64,000 bases of DNA, taken from NCBI GenBank assembly GCA_963704725.1, contig OY969934.1, forward strand, positions 1,152,001-1,216,000. The letters are read 5' to 3'. The number at the start of each line of letters is the position of its first letter. Position 1 is the stretch's first letter. The DNA comes from an uncultured Actinomycetes bacterium (GTDB lineage Bacteria > Actinomycetota > UBA4738 > HRBIN12). Under the pieces are notes generated by a model. It was not told the DNA's origin. It did not search any database and saw nothing but the letters and a program-made list of their open reading frames with translations. Made by a program: the position numbers and the translations under genes. Shown piece by piece: positions 21,606 through 30,685 of the stretch.

Positions 21606-22328
21606 ATGGCCAGCAGGGCGATCGCGGACCAATCGGAACAGGTGGCGATGCTGCGACCGCAGAAACGGCGGCTGGGCGTGATCCTCGTGGACCCGCTCGC
21701 GGTCGTGCGAGCGGGGATGTCCCTCCTCATCGAGGACCGCCCCGACCTCGAGGTCATCGCGGAGGCGGGGACCGCGGAGGAGACGCTGCTCGCCCTGGCC
21801 CGGATCCGCCGCCTGTCGGTCGTGGTGGTCGTCGGCCTCAACCTGGAGGGAGAGCACGACGCCTACTGGCTGATCCGCGCCATCCGGGAGCGGTTCCCCG
21901 CGCTCGCCGTGCTCGCGTGCGGCGCGCGGTCCGACCCGATGGCGATCTCCCGGGCCCTGTTCCTCGGGGCGGACGGCTACGTGGACAAGACCATCGACCC
22001 GGTGGAGTTCCTGCAGACGATCCGCCAGGCCGCCGACGGCGAGATGGTGCTCGCCGGACCTCCGAACGAGTGGGTGGGCGCGATCGCCGACGGCCTCGAG
22101 CAGCGCCGGGAGGTCGAGACCCGGCTCACCGACCGCGAGCGGCAGGTGCTGAGCGTGGCCGCCGAGGGCCTCACCGCCCGGGAGATCGGGGGCCGCCTCG
22201 GCGTCCGCGAACGGACGGTCACGACGCACCTCGGCCGGATCTACGGGAAGCTCGGGGTCGGGACCCGGGTCGCGGCGATCCGCGTCGCCGCGCAGTCCGG
22301 GCTCGTCTCGGTCGGCGCGCCCGAGTAG
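21606..22328 (+). CDS. LuxR regulator 3 with atypical (Asp-less) receiver
   Basis: ILVDP, VVVVVGLNL (Gly at the phospho-Asp position), LACG, YVDK; intact HTH LTDRERQVL...TVTTHLGRIYGKLG. Confidence 0.88.
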   Translation: MASRAIADQSEQVAMLRPQKRRLGVILVDPLAVVRAGMSLLIEDRPDLEVIAEAGTAEETLLALARIRRLSVVVVVGLNLEGEHDAYWLIRAIRERFPALAVLACGARSDPMAISRALFLGADGYVDKTIDPVEFLQTIRQAADGEMVLAGPPNEWVGAIADGLEQRREVETRLTDRERQVLSVAAEGLTAREIGGRLGVRERTVTTHLGRIYGKLGVGTRVAAIRVAAQSGLVSVGAPE

Positions 22329-22329
22329 C

Positions 22330-23811
22330 TCAGCTCGCGGCGTCGCACGGCGGGAGCGGGGCTGGCGGGGCGCGGCCCTCACGGACGTAGATCAGCCCGT
22401 CGGCGTCCGCGTACACCTTCGTCCATCCCTCGGCCGAGGTCAGGGCGGCGACCAGCGGCTCCTCCGTGCTCCGGTCGACCACGAGCACGCGGACCCCAAG
22501 CGCGTCGAGCCGTCGCTCCCAGCCCGGCGCGGCCTCGGCCAGGTCGAGCGACGCCCGGACGACATCGTCCGGGAGCACCTCGAAGCGCGAGTCGACGGAC
22601 ACGGGGTGCCCGGGTAGCTCCAGCTCGAACCACGATCCCCACGCCTGGGGGTTGGCGAAGGGCTCGCCCGGCTCCAGCACCGACCGCAGCTCGGCCGCGA
22701 GCCGGCTCGGCGCGTGGGCGACCAGCCCTGGCGGCGGGCGGTCGCCCTCGTACGGCAACCAGCGGACGAGCGTGACCAGTGGAACAACGGCGACCGCCAC
22801 GCCGATCACGGTGTTCGCCCGGTTCCGGACGTCGACGGCGGGCCGGCGGCTCGCCCACGGCAGGCCCGAGAGCGTGACGGCGAGCACGATCACCCACCAG
22901 TGGACCGCTCGGCTCGAGGTTGCGGCGAGTGCGAGGAACACGACGAGCTGGACCCACCGGGTCCACGTCGGCTCACGGCGGTTCCGCCAGAGCACGACGA
23001 TCGCGAGTCCGACCGACACGAAGAAGGCCGCGCCCGTGTAGGTCCCGACCGAGGGGGGGCGCCACTCGCGGACGACCTCCCGGATCGTCGGGTCGGTGGA
23101 GAGCTCGACCACGTAGGTCCAGACGCGAGCCCCGAAGGGGGTGACGAAGGTCGCGAGCGACGCCAGCACGAGGACGCCGAGCGCGGAGCGTCCGCCGGCT
23201 CGTCTCCGGTCCTCGAGCCAGGTGACGAAGAGCAGGAAGACGCCGAGGGGGAAGCTGCCGTGGACGTTCGCCCACACGAGCAGGACGGGGACGGCCCACC
23301 AGAGCCGTTGGGGATGGATCTCCCGCCCCTCCAGGATCCACAGCAGGGCCGCGAAGAGCACCAGCCCCAGCAACTGCGCTCGCAGCTGCAGGCCGCCGAG
23401 CATCGCGAGGCACGCGACGAGCGTCGCCCATGCGGCCGCCCGGCTGACCGCGCCGGTGTGACGGCACGCCGCGTACAGGAAACCCGCGAGGGCGCCGACG
23501 AGCACCCCGCGAGCGAGCGCGAGCCCCAGCCATCCGAGCGCGTCGAACGCCCCGGCCAGGAGGAGCTCACCGCCCCACTGCTGGTTGACCCAAGGTGCGC
23601 AGTGGGCCGTGAACGTGAAGGGGTCGACCCGCAGCACCCCGCCGGACTCCAGCATGACGTGGCCGGCTCGGACGGCGTAGGCGAGATCGACGCTGGACAT
23701 GGCGCCGAAGGCCAGGGTCACCGGGAGGGCCACGGCCGCGAGGACCCACACGGTCGAGAGCCGGAGGCCCGCGCCGGAACGGATGGGCGCGGCGGGGTCC
23801 CGGGTGCTCAT
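22330..23811 (-). CDS. Polytopic membrane protein, putative GT-C glycosyltransferase
   Basis: DLAYAVRAG, DPFTFT...W....W, LRAQ, WANVHGSF, REW.PP; multiple TMs and a C-terminal extracellular domain. Confidence 0.7.
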   Translation of the reverse strand: MSTRDPAAPIRSGAGLRLSTVWVLAAVALPVTLAFGAMSSVDLAYAVRAGHVMLESGGVLRVDPFTFTAHCAPWVNQQWGGELLLAGAFDALGWLGLALARGVLVGALAGFLYAACRHTGAVSRAAAWATLVACLAMLGGLQLRAQLLGLVLFAALLWILEGREIHPQRLWWAVPVLLVWANVHGSFPLGVFLLFVTWLEDRRRAGGRSALGVLVLASLATFVTPFGARVWTYVVELSTDPTIREVVREWRPPSVGTYTGAAFFVSVGLAIVVLWRNRREPTWTRWVQLVVFLALAATSSRAVHWWVIVLAVTLSGLPWASRRPAVDVRNRANTVIGVAVAVVPLVTLVRWLPYEGDRPPPGLVAHAPSRLAAELRSVLEPGEPFANPQAWGSWFELELPGHPVSVDSRFEVLPDDVVRASLDLAEAAPGWERRLDALGVRVLVVDRSTEEPLVAALTSAEGWTKVYADADGLIYVREGRAPPAPLPPCDAAS

Positions 23812-23847
23812 CGCGCACATCGTAGGCGTCGGCCCGACCTCGCCTCG

Positions 23848-23877
23848 TACGTTCGCGACCGTACGTAGAACGACGTA
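23848..23877. promoter_or_regulatory. Two overlapping TACG-N8-CGTA palindromes in the divergent GT-C/flp intergenic region
   Basis: TACG-ttcgcgac-CGTA 23848-23863 and TACG-tagaacga-CGTA 23862-23877. Confidence 0.65.
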
Positions 23878-23990
23878 CCCGTCCTCCGTGGAACTCGGAA
23901 TACCAACTGGGCCATGTCAGGCCCACCATGGGGTTCGCACGGCCAGCTCGATGAGACGACGGCGACGGACGCTGGAGGGAGGTGCAAGGA

Positions 23991-24188
23991 ATGCTGGATC
24001 TGGTTTTCGCGGGCGTCAACTTCCTGCGGGCGCGGTTCCCACGTGAGGACGGCGCGGTGGCCACGGAGTATGGCCTCCTGCTGGTCCTGATCGCTCTCGT
24101 GATCGCTGCGGGTGCAACGGCCCTCGGGATCACGCTGAACAACGTGTTCAACAACGCTGACAGCTCGCTGGGCGGCGCAGCCTCCTAG
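23991..24188 (+). CDS. flp: Flp family type IVb pilin
   Basis: REDG|AVATEYGLLLVLIA (G cleavage site, E5, Y6); alternative start GTG 23982. Confidence 0.92.
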   Translation: MLDLVFAGVNFLRARFPREDGAVATEYGLLLVLIALVIAAGATALGITLNNVFNNADSSLGGAAS

Positions 24189-24386
24189 CCACCACCCGCA
24201 CCAGAGCGGCCTTTCGTCGGCCGCTCACTCCCCCCCGCCGAAGGAGGGAGCGAGGGGCCGACGAACGATCGTCGGCACGACGTCGGGATACGTCCTGCTC
24301 CGGCTCACACCCCGGTGCCAGCGGGCGCCGGGGAACGCGGATCGCAGGTCGTGCCGATGCCGACTGAATCGAACAGGGGGATACGC

Positions 24387-25190
24387 ATGAGGTCTCGAGG
24401 ACTCGTCGTGGTGCTCGCGCTGATCCTCGCCACGCTCGCGACGGCGGGGGTCTTCCTGTACTCGCAGGGCGTCAAGGAGGATGCCGTCAACGGCGGCGAC
24501 ATGGTGACCGTCGTGGTGTCCAAGGTGGACGTCCCGGCGAACACCGACCTGAACCAGCTGGTCGCCGACGACCAGTTCCGCACGCTCGAGGTGCCGCGCG
24601 ACGCCGTCATCGCCGACGCGGTGACCGAGGTCGCCCAGCTCGAAGGGCGCCGGAACAGCGTGTTCATCTTCGAGGGCGAGCAGATCCCCATCGGCCGCGT
24701 CCAGGGCGGAGAGGTCCCGGGCGGCCTCCTCAGCATCCCCGAGGGCTACCAGGCCATCACGGTCGCGCTCGAGGCTCCGGCGGCGATCTCCGGAACGCTC
24801 GCCGGCGGTGACATGGTCACGATCTACGCGACGTTCACCCAGGTCCAGATCGTGAGGCTGAACAAGAAGTTCGAGCCGGCGGCCGATCCATCGGCCGACC
24901 AGAGGCAGGCCTTCGACACGACCGTGGTGCTCGTCCCACAGGCGCAGGTGCTCCGGGTGATCCGCGAGGACGTGGGAGGTGTGGCTGGCGATGCCCAGGA
25001 TGCGACCGCGTCGTCGGCGATCCAGGTCATCCTGGCGCTCACGCCGGAGGACGCGCAGAAGTTCGTGTTCGCGCTCGAGCTGGGCAAGCCCTACATGTCG
25101 CTGCTGCCGCCGGACGGCGAGGGCGTCTCGCTCGATCCGCTGACGGCCGCCAGGATCCTGGTTCCCAGGCAGCCCGAGCAGGGGAACTAG
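24387..25190 (+). CDS. cpaB: Flp pilus assembly protein CpaB/RcpC
   Basis: N-terminal TM, SAF domain (VVVSKVDVPA), IPEGYQAITV, GDMVTI, LALTPEDA. Confidence 0.88.
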   Translation: MRSRGLVVVLALILATLATAGVFLYSQGVKEDAVNGGDMVTVVVSKVDVPANTDLNQLVADDQFRTLEVPRDAVIADAVTEVAQLEGRRNSVFIFEGEQIPIGRVQGGEVPGGLLSIPEGYQAITVALEAPAAISGTLAGGDMVTIYATFTQVQIVRLNKKFEPAADPSADQRQAFDTTVVLVPQAQVLRVIREDVGGVAGDAQDATASSAIQVILALTPEDAQKFVFALELGKPYMSLLPPDGEGVSLDPLTAARILVPRQPEQGN

Positions 25191-25198
25191 GGGCAACC

Positions 25199-26419
25199 AT
25201 GGCCGAGTCGGTCATCGCCGTCGGAACGCCGCAGGGGTTCAGGACGACGGTCGCGCGGGCTCTGGAGGTCGAGGCCGATGACATCGGCTGGGCCCAGTCG
25301 GTCACGGCGGCGGAGGAGATCCTCGTCGAGTCCGGGGACCCGGTCGGGGTGCTCGTGCTCTCGCCCGAGGTGAAGGAGCCCGACGCGCTCGGCCTGGCCG
25401 AGTTCGTCAGTCGCACGGCCCCGATGACCTCGATCGTCCTGGTCCGCGACAAGACCTGGAACGGGTTGCTGCCCGCCGCGATGCGGGCCGGGATCCGTGA
25501 CGTGGTCGACCTGACGCAGGGCAGCGAGGAGATCCGCGACGCCGTCGAACGCGCCCTGATCTGGGCGGAGAGCCTGCAGCAGGTGCGCGGCGACATGCGG
25601 ATGAGGCCGTCGGTGCGCGGCGTGGTCATCTCGGTCTTCTCCTCCAAGGGCGGGACCGGCAAGACGTTCCTGACGACGAACCTTGCCGCGGCGATCGCGG
25701 AGCTCTCGGGCAAGGACACGGCCGTCGTCGACCTCGACGTCGACATGGGCGACGTGTTCAGCTACTTCGGATCCGAGCCCACCAAGCAGGTGGGCGACCT
25801 GATCGCGCTCGGGGAGGGCGCCGATCGCGACACGGTGATCGGCAGCTCCGCGCGGTTCGGGGAGCACCTGTACGGCTTCGGCGCCGTTCCCGATCCGGCC
25901 ATGCAGCCGCCGGCCGGCGAGGCCGTCGGCAAGTACCTGCGCGTCCTGCGGAACAACTTCGCGTACGTCGTCGTCGACGCGTCGGCCGACTACACGGACC
26001 TGGCGCTGGCGTGCTTCGACCTCTCGGACGCGATCTGCCTGGTCACCGGTCTCGACGTCGTCGGCGTGAAGCACCTGTCGAAGGCGCTGGAGACGCTCCT
26101 GACGATCGGCCTGCCCCGGGAGCGGTTCCGGATCGTGCTCAACCGGGCGGACAGCAAGGTGGGGCTCGACTCCGGCGACGTCGAGCGCGTCATGAAGATC
26201 GAGGTCGACACGCTGATCCCTTCGAGCCGCGCGGTGCCGACCTCCCTGAACAAGGGCCGGCCCGTCGTCTGGGAGGAACCGAACTCCGACGTGTCGGTCA
26301 GCATCCGCCGGCTCGCCGAGCGGTTCACGTCGCCGGCGCCCGAGGCGGAGATGAACGGAAGCGATCCGGCCGAGCAGGACGCGGAGCCCAGGCGGCGACG
26401 CGGCCTGTTCCGCCGTTGA
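25199..26419 (+). CDS. cpaE: CpaE/TadZ pseudo-receiver + MinD-like ATPase
   Basis: AMRAGIRD, SSKGGTGKT, VDLD...GD, VLNR. Confidence 0.9.
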   Translation: MAESVIAVGTPQGFRTTVARALEVEADDIGWAQSVTAAEEILVESGDPVGVLVLSPEVKEPDALGLAEFVSRTAPMTSIVLVRDKTWNGLLPAAMRAGIRDVVDLTQGSEEIRDAVERALIWAESLQQVRGDMRMRPSVRGVVISVFSSKGGTGKTFLTTNLAAAIAELSGKDTAVVDLDVDMGDVFSYFGSEPTKQVGDLIALGEGADRDTVIGSSARFGEHLYGFGAVPDPAMQPPAGEAVGKYLRVLRNNFAYVVVDASADYTDLALACFDLSDAICLVTGLDVVGVKHLSKALETLLTIGLPRERFRIVLNRADSKVGLDSGDVERVMKIEVDTLIPSSRAVPTSLNKGRPVVWEEPNSDVSVSIRRLAERFTSPAPEAEMNGSDPAEQDAEPRRRRGLFRR

Positions 26420-26434
26420 CGAGGAGGCTGAAGG

Positions 26435-27757
26435 ATGTCGCTCGCAGATCGACTCGCGAAGGCCAGCCAGCGGGACCGGATCGCCGAGATCCGCATGCAC
26501 GTCCAGGAGCGCCTGGTCGAGGTGCTCGGTCCGCGCCTGTACGACGCCTCCATGTCGGACACCGAGCTCGAGGGCCTCGTCCACCAGCGGCTGCGTGAGC
26601 TGCTGGACGACGAGGAGCCGGGTCTGTCCGCGCAGGAGAAGCTGCTGATCGTCCGTCAGATCGGCGACAGCGTCCTCGGTCTGGGGCCGCTCGAGCCGTT
26701 CGTCCGCGACCCGGAGGTCACGGAGATCATGGCGAACGGCTGGGACTCGATCTACGTGGAGCGCGCCGGCAAGCTGTACTGGACCGGCGCGAAGTTCCAC
26801 GACGACGCCCAGCTCCGGCGCACGATCGACAAGATCGTGGGCAAGGTCGGCCGGCGCATCGACGAGTCCTCGCCCTACTGCGACGCGCGCCTGCCCGACG
26901 GCTCGCGCGTGAACGCGATCATCCCGCCGCTGGCGGTCGACGGCCCGGCGCTCACGATCCGCAAGTTCGCCGCCGACCCCTACCAGGCCGAGGACCTGAT
27001 CGGATTCGGGACGATGACGCGGCAGGTCGTCGAGCTGCTCGAGGCGTGCGTCCGGGGGCGCGTCAACATGCTGGTGTCGGGTGGGACCGGCGCGGGGAAG
27101 ACGACGACCCTGAACGTCCTGTCATCGTTCCTGCCCGACGACGAGCGCATCGTGACGATCGAGGACGCTGCGGAGCTCCGCCTCCAGCAGCCGCACACCG
27201 TGCGCCTCGAGGCCCGGCCGCCGAACATCGAGGGGCGCGGCGAGGTCACGATCCGCGACCTCGTCCGCAACTCCCTGCGCATGCGCCCCGACCGCATCGT
27301 CGTCGGCGAGGTCCGGGGCGGCGAGGCCCTGGACATGATGCAGGCCATGAACACGGGCCACGACGGCTCGATCAGCACGATCCACAGCAACTCGCCGAGG
27401 GACGCGCTCTCCCGTCTGGAGACGATGTGCCTGATGTCCGGGATGGACATCGGCATCCGAGCCATCCGCGAGCAGATCTCCTCGGCCCTCCAGCTGATCG
27501 TGCACCAGTCGCGGATGAAGGACGGCTCCCGCCGCATCACACACGTGACCGAGATCGTGGGCATGGAGGGCGACGTCATCACGCTCCAAGACCTGTTCCT
27601 GTTCGACTACAGCGCCGGGGTCGACTCGGAGGGGAAGTTCCTCGGAGGTGTCAAGGCCACCGGACTGCGCCCCCACTTCGTCGAGAAGATGCAGGAGCGG
27701 GGGATCGTGGTCCCCGCCGAGGTCTTCGCGCCCGTCACCGGGGGGCGAGCCGCGTGA
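26435..27757 (+). CDS. cpaF: Tad secretion ATPase CpaF/TadA
   Basis: [51 protein letters not shown]. Confidence 0.96.
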   Translation: MSLADRLAKASQRDRIAEIRMHVQERLVEVLGPRLYDASMSDTELEGLVHQRLRELLDDEEPGLSAQEKLLIVRQIGDSVLGLGPLEPFVRDPEVTEIMANGWDSIYVERAGKLYWTGAKFHDDAQLRRTIDKIVGKVGRRIDESSPYCDARLPDGSRVNAIIPPLAVDGPALTIRKFAADPYQAEDLIGFGTMTRQVVELLEACVRGRVNMLVSGGTGAGKTTTLNVLSSFLPDDERIVTIEDAAELRLQQPHTVRLEARPPNIEGRGEVTIRDLVRNSLRMRPDRIVVGEVRGGEALDMMQAMNTGHDGSISTIHSNSPRDALSRLETMCLMSGMDIGIRAIREQISSALQLIVHQSRMKDGSRRITHVTEIVGMEGDVITLQDLFLFDYSAGVDSEGKFLGGVKATGLRPHFVEKMQERGIVVPAEVFAPVTGGRAA

Positions 27758-28746
27758 TGCTCTCGGTCACGTTCTGGGGTTCCGACGCCGCGCTGCTCGC
27801 CGTGCTGGGCTCGTCCTTCGTGGCCGTGTTCCTGGTGGCCACGTTCCTGATGGGATCGCGCGCCCGCAGCCGTCGCGACCGGAGCCTGGCGCTGCGCTTC
27901 GGGGGCAGGAAGCGGTCCGAGAAGGACGAGGAGCCCGTTCCCACGCAGTGGGTCCCCGAGGCGTTCGCGCAGGCCGGGCAGCGGTTCGCCACGGCCACGG
28001 GCTTCAGCGCGGCCCTCGAGCTTCGCCTGGAGCAATCCGGCGTGCCGATCCTGGCCGGCGAGTTCGTCGCGCTGACGGCCGCGAGCGCGCTCGTGGGCGC
28101 GGTCGTGGCCGCCATCTTCCTCCCCAACATCGTCTTCATCCTGATGATCGCCGGCGTGGTCGCGCTGATCCCCTACACGTTCGTCCTGCGGGCCCATCGC
28201 AAGCGCAAGGGCCTGATGGTCGAGCAGCTCGCCGACACGATGTCGATCCTCGCCACCTCCCTGCGCGCCGGGTACTCGTTCCTTCAGGCGCTGGACACCG
28301 TGTCCAAGGAGATCGGAGAGCCGTCGGCCGGCGAGTTCCAGCGCGTCGTCGCCGAGATCCGGCTGGGCCGCCCCGTCGACGAGGCGCTCATGGCCATGGC
28401 GGAGCGCGTGGACAGCGAGGACATGAAGTGGGCCGTCATCGCCATCGGCGTCCAGCGCCAGGTCGGCGGCAACCTGGCGGAGGTGCTCGACATCGTGGCG
28501 TCCACGGTGCGAGAGCGCGCCTACATCCGCCGGCAGATCAACGTGCTGTCGGCCGAGGGACGCCTCTCGGTCGTCATCCTGTCCGTCATCCCGTTCCTGC
28601 TGCTCGCCTATCTCGCCGTCGTGAACCCCGACTATCTCTCGCCGCTGTTCAGCACGACGGCCGGCATCGTGATGATCGCCGCCGGAAGCGTGTTCATGAC
28701 CATGGGGATCTTCATCATGACCAGGATCATCAAGATCGATGTCTAG
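27757..28746 (+). CDS. tadB: TadB (T2SS F family)
   Basis: SLRAGYSF.QAL, QRQVGGNLAEVL, LSAEGRLS. Confidence 0.92.
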   Translation: MLSVTFWGSDAALLAVLGSSFVAVFLVATFLMGSRARSRRDRSLALRFGGRKRSEKDEEPVPTQWVPEAFAQAGQRFATATGFSAALELRLEQSGVPILAGEFVALTAASALVGAVVAAIFLPNIVFILMIAGVVALIPYTFVLRAHRKRKGLMVEQLADTMSILATSLRAGYSFLQALDTVSKEIGEPSAGEFQRVVAEIRLGRPVDEALMAMAERVDSEDMKWAVIAIGVQRQVGGNLAEVLDIVASTVRERAYIRRQINVLSAEGRLSVVILSVIPFLLLAYLAVVNPDYLSPLFSTTAGIVMIAAGSVFMTMGIFIMTRIIKIDV

Positions 28747-29680
28747 TCTCTGGCTCGCTCTCGCGCTCGTCGGGACGTTCCTCACCATCTTCATGGTCGG
28801 CGTCGTCGTCGACATGCTCCTGCGTGAGCGGAACCGTCCCGTGACCCTGCTTCAGTCCCAGCTCGGGCAGGTGCCCGACGCCCCCGACTTCCGCACCAAC
28901 CCACAGCTCGAGGGCTCGGTCCTGGAACGCGTCCTCATGCCGGGCGTCAAGCGACTGGGGCGCGGCCTCGTCCGCCTCACGCCCTTCGACCTGAACGCTC
29001 GGATCGTCGAGCTGCTCGTGCTCTCCGGCAACCCGCCGGCGTGGGACGCCGAGCGCGTCGTCGCCCTGAAGATCATCGGCGGCGTGGGGGGCGTGGTCGG
29101 CGGATCGATGCTGATGTCCCTCCTCCCGGTGCCGTTCCTGGTGAAGGTCGTCTTCGTCGTCGTGCTCGGGCTGCTCGGGTACACGATCCCGAGCGTGCAT
29201 CTGCGGGCCATGGCCAACGCCCGGCAGAAGAAGATCCAGCGGCAGCTCCCCGACGTGATGGACCTGCTGACGATCAGCGTGGAGGCCGGGCTGGGGCTCG
29301 ACGCCGCGATGGCGCAGGTGGTCCGCAACGTCCCGGGGCCGCTGGCCGAGGAGCTCTCGCGCCTGTCGCAGGAGATCAACATCGGCGTCTCGCGGTCGGA
29401 TTCGTTCCGTCACCTGGGGGAGCGCACCACCGTGCAGGAGCTCCGGGGGTTCGTCCTGTCGATGGTCCAGGCCGACCTGTTCGGGGTCTCCATCGCGAAC
29501 GTCCTGCGGGCGCAGTCCCGCGAGCTCCGGCAGAAACGGCGTCAGCGGGCGGAGGAGATCGCCCAGAAGATCCCGGTGAAGCTGCTGTTCCCGATGATCT
29601 TCCTGGTCCTTCCGGCGACCTTCATCATCATCCTCGGCCCCGGCGTCATCAAGATCTTCCAGCAGTTCTCCGGCAGCTGA
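28739..29680 (+). CDS. tadC: TadC (T2SS F family)
   Basis: LPDVMDLLTISVEAGLGLDAA, R.KRRQRAEE.AQKIPVKLLFP. Confidence 0.92.
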   Translation: MSSLWLALALVGTFLTIFMVGVVVDMLLRERNRPVTLLQSQLGQVPDAPDFRTNPQLEGSVLERVLMPGVKRLGRGLVRLTPFDLNARIVELLVLSGNPPAWDAERVVALKIIGGVGGVVGGSMLMSLLPVPFLVKVVFVVVLGLLGYTIPSVHLRAMANARQKKIQRQLPDVMDLLTISVEAGLGLDAAMAQVVRNVPGPLAEELSRLSQEINIGVSRSDSFRHLGERTTVQELRGFVLSMVQADLFGVSIANVLRAQSRELRQKRRQRAEEIAQKIPVKLLFPMIFLVLPATFIIILGPGVIKIFQQFSGS

Positions 29681-29762
29681 TCGGCTCCCGCTCCTGCGTC
29701 GACGACCCGTCCCTGCGGGCCTCGACGCAGGTCGCCGGCGGACCGCTTGCTAGGCTGCGGCC

Positions 29763-30587
29763 GTGTCCACCATCGCCTATCAGGGAGAGCCGGGCGCCTA
29801 CAGCGAGCGAGCGGTGCTCTCGCTGTTCCCGGACGCCGAGCCGATGCCGTGCGAGACGATCCGCCTGGCGTTCTCGCGCGTGACGAGTGGGGAGGCCGAT
29901 CACGGCGTCGTCCCCGTCGAGAACTCCCAGGCCGGATCGGTCAACGAGACGTACGAGCTTCTCCTGCGCTCGAGCATGGTCCACATCACCGGCGAGGTCG
30001 TGCTCCGCGTCGACCACGCGCTGCTCGGCCCGCCGGGGGCGCGGCTCGAAGGCATCCGCCGCGCCTACTCGCACTGGCAGGCCCTCGCCCAGTGTGAGGA
30101 GTTCCTGACGGCGCACCGGATCGATCCGGTTCCGGTGCACGACACGGCGGGGGGCGCGCGGATGGTCGCCGAGCGAGCCGGGGCCGACGAGGCCGCGATC
30201 GCGAGCGTCGAGGCGGGGACCCGGCTCGGCCTGACCGTGCTCGCCGAGCACATCCAGACCTACCCCGACAACTTCACGAAGTTCGCCGTCATCGGGACTC
30301 GGGACGCCGAGCTCGGGACGCCGAACAAGACGTCGCTGGTGATGGCGGGTGACGACCGGCCCGGATCGCTGTTCCGGTCCCTGAAGCCGCTCGCCGAGGC
30401 CGGCGTGAACCTCACGAAGCTCGAGTCCCGGCCCCGCCGCGGCGCCCCGTTCGAGTACGTCTTCTACATCGACCTCGACGGGTCGCTCGAGGAACCCCGC
30501 GTGGCCGCCGCGCTCGACGAGGTCCGGCTCCACACGTCGATGCTGAAGGTCCTGGGGTCCTATCCCGCGTCCAAGGGCCCCGTCTGA
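29763..30587 (+). CDS. pheA: Prephenate dehydratase
   Basis: AYQGEPGAYSE, VPVENS..GSV, SH.QALAQC, ACT domain NLTKLESRP. Confidence 0.95.
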   Translation: MSTIAYQGEPGAYSERAVLSLFPDAEPMPCETIRLAFSRVTSGEADHGVVPVENSQAGSVNETYELLLRSSMVHITGEVVLRVDHALLGPPGARLEGIRRAYSHWQALAQCEEFLTAHRIDPVPVHDTAGGARMVAERAGADEAAIASVEAGTRLGLTVLAEHIQTYPDNFTKFAVIGTRDAELGTPNKTSLVMAGDDRPGSLFRSLKPLAEAGVNLTKLESRPRRGAPFEYVFYIDLDGSLEEPRVAAALDEVRLHTSMLKVLGSYPASKGPV

Positions 30588-30685
30588 GCGAGTCCGCCTC
30601 CGCCATCCGGCGGGCGAGCGTTCGCCCGGGACCGAGCCCGTCCGACCGATAGGAGCGCCCGGGGGACGGGGCTACGCTACGAAGC

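Noticed and set aside
24380-24390. GATACGCATGA shared with 21572-21582
   Set aside because: At 24380 it is the RBS/start context of cpaB and lacks the CGTA half-site.
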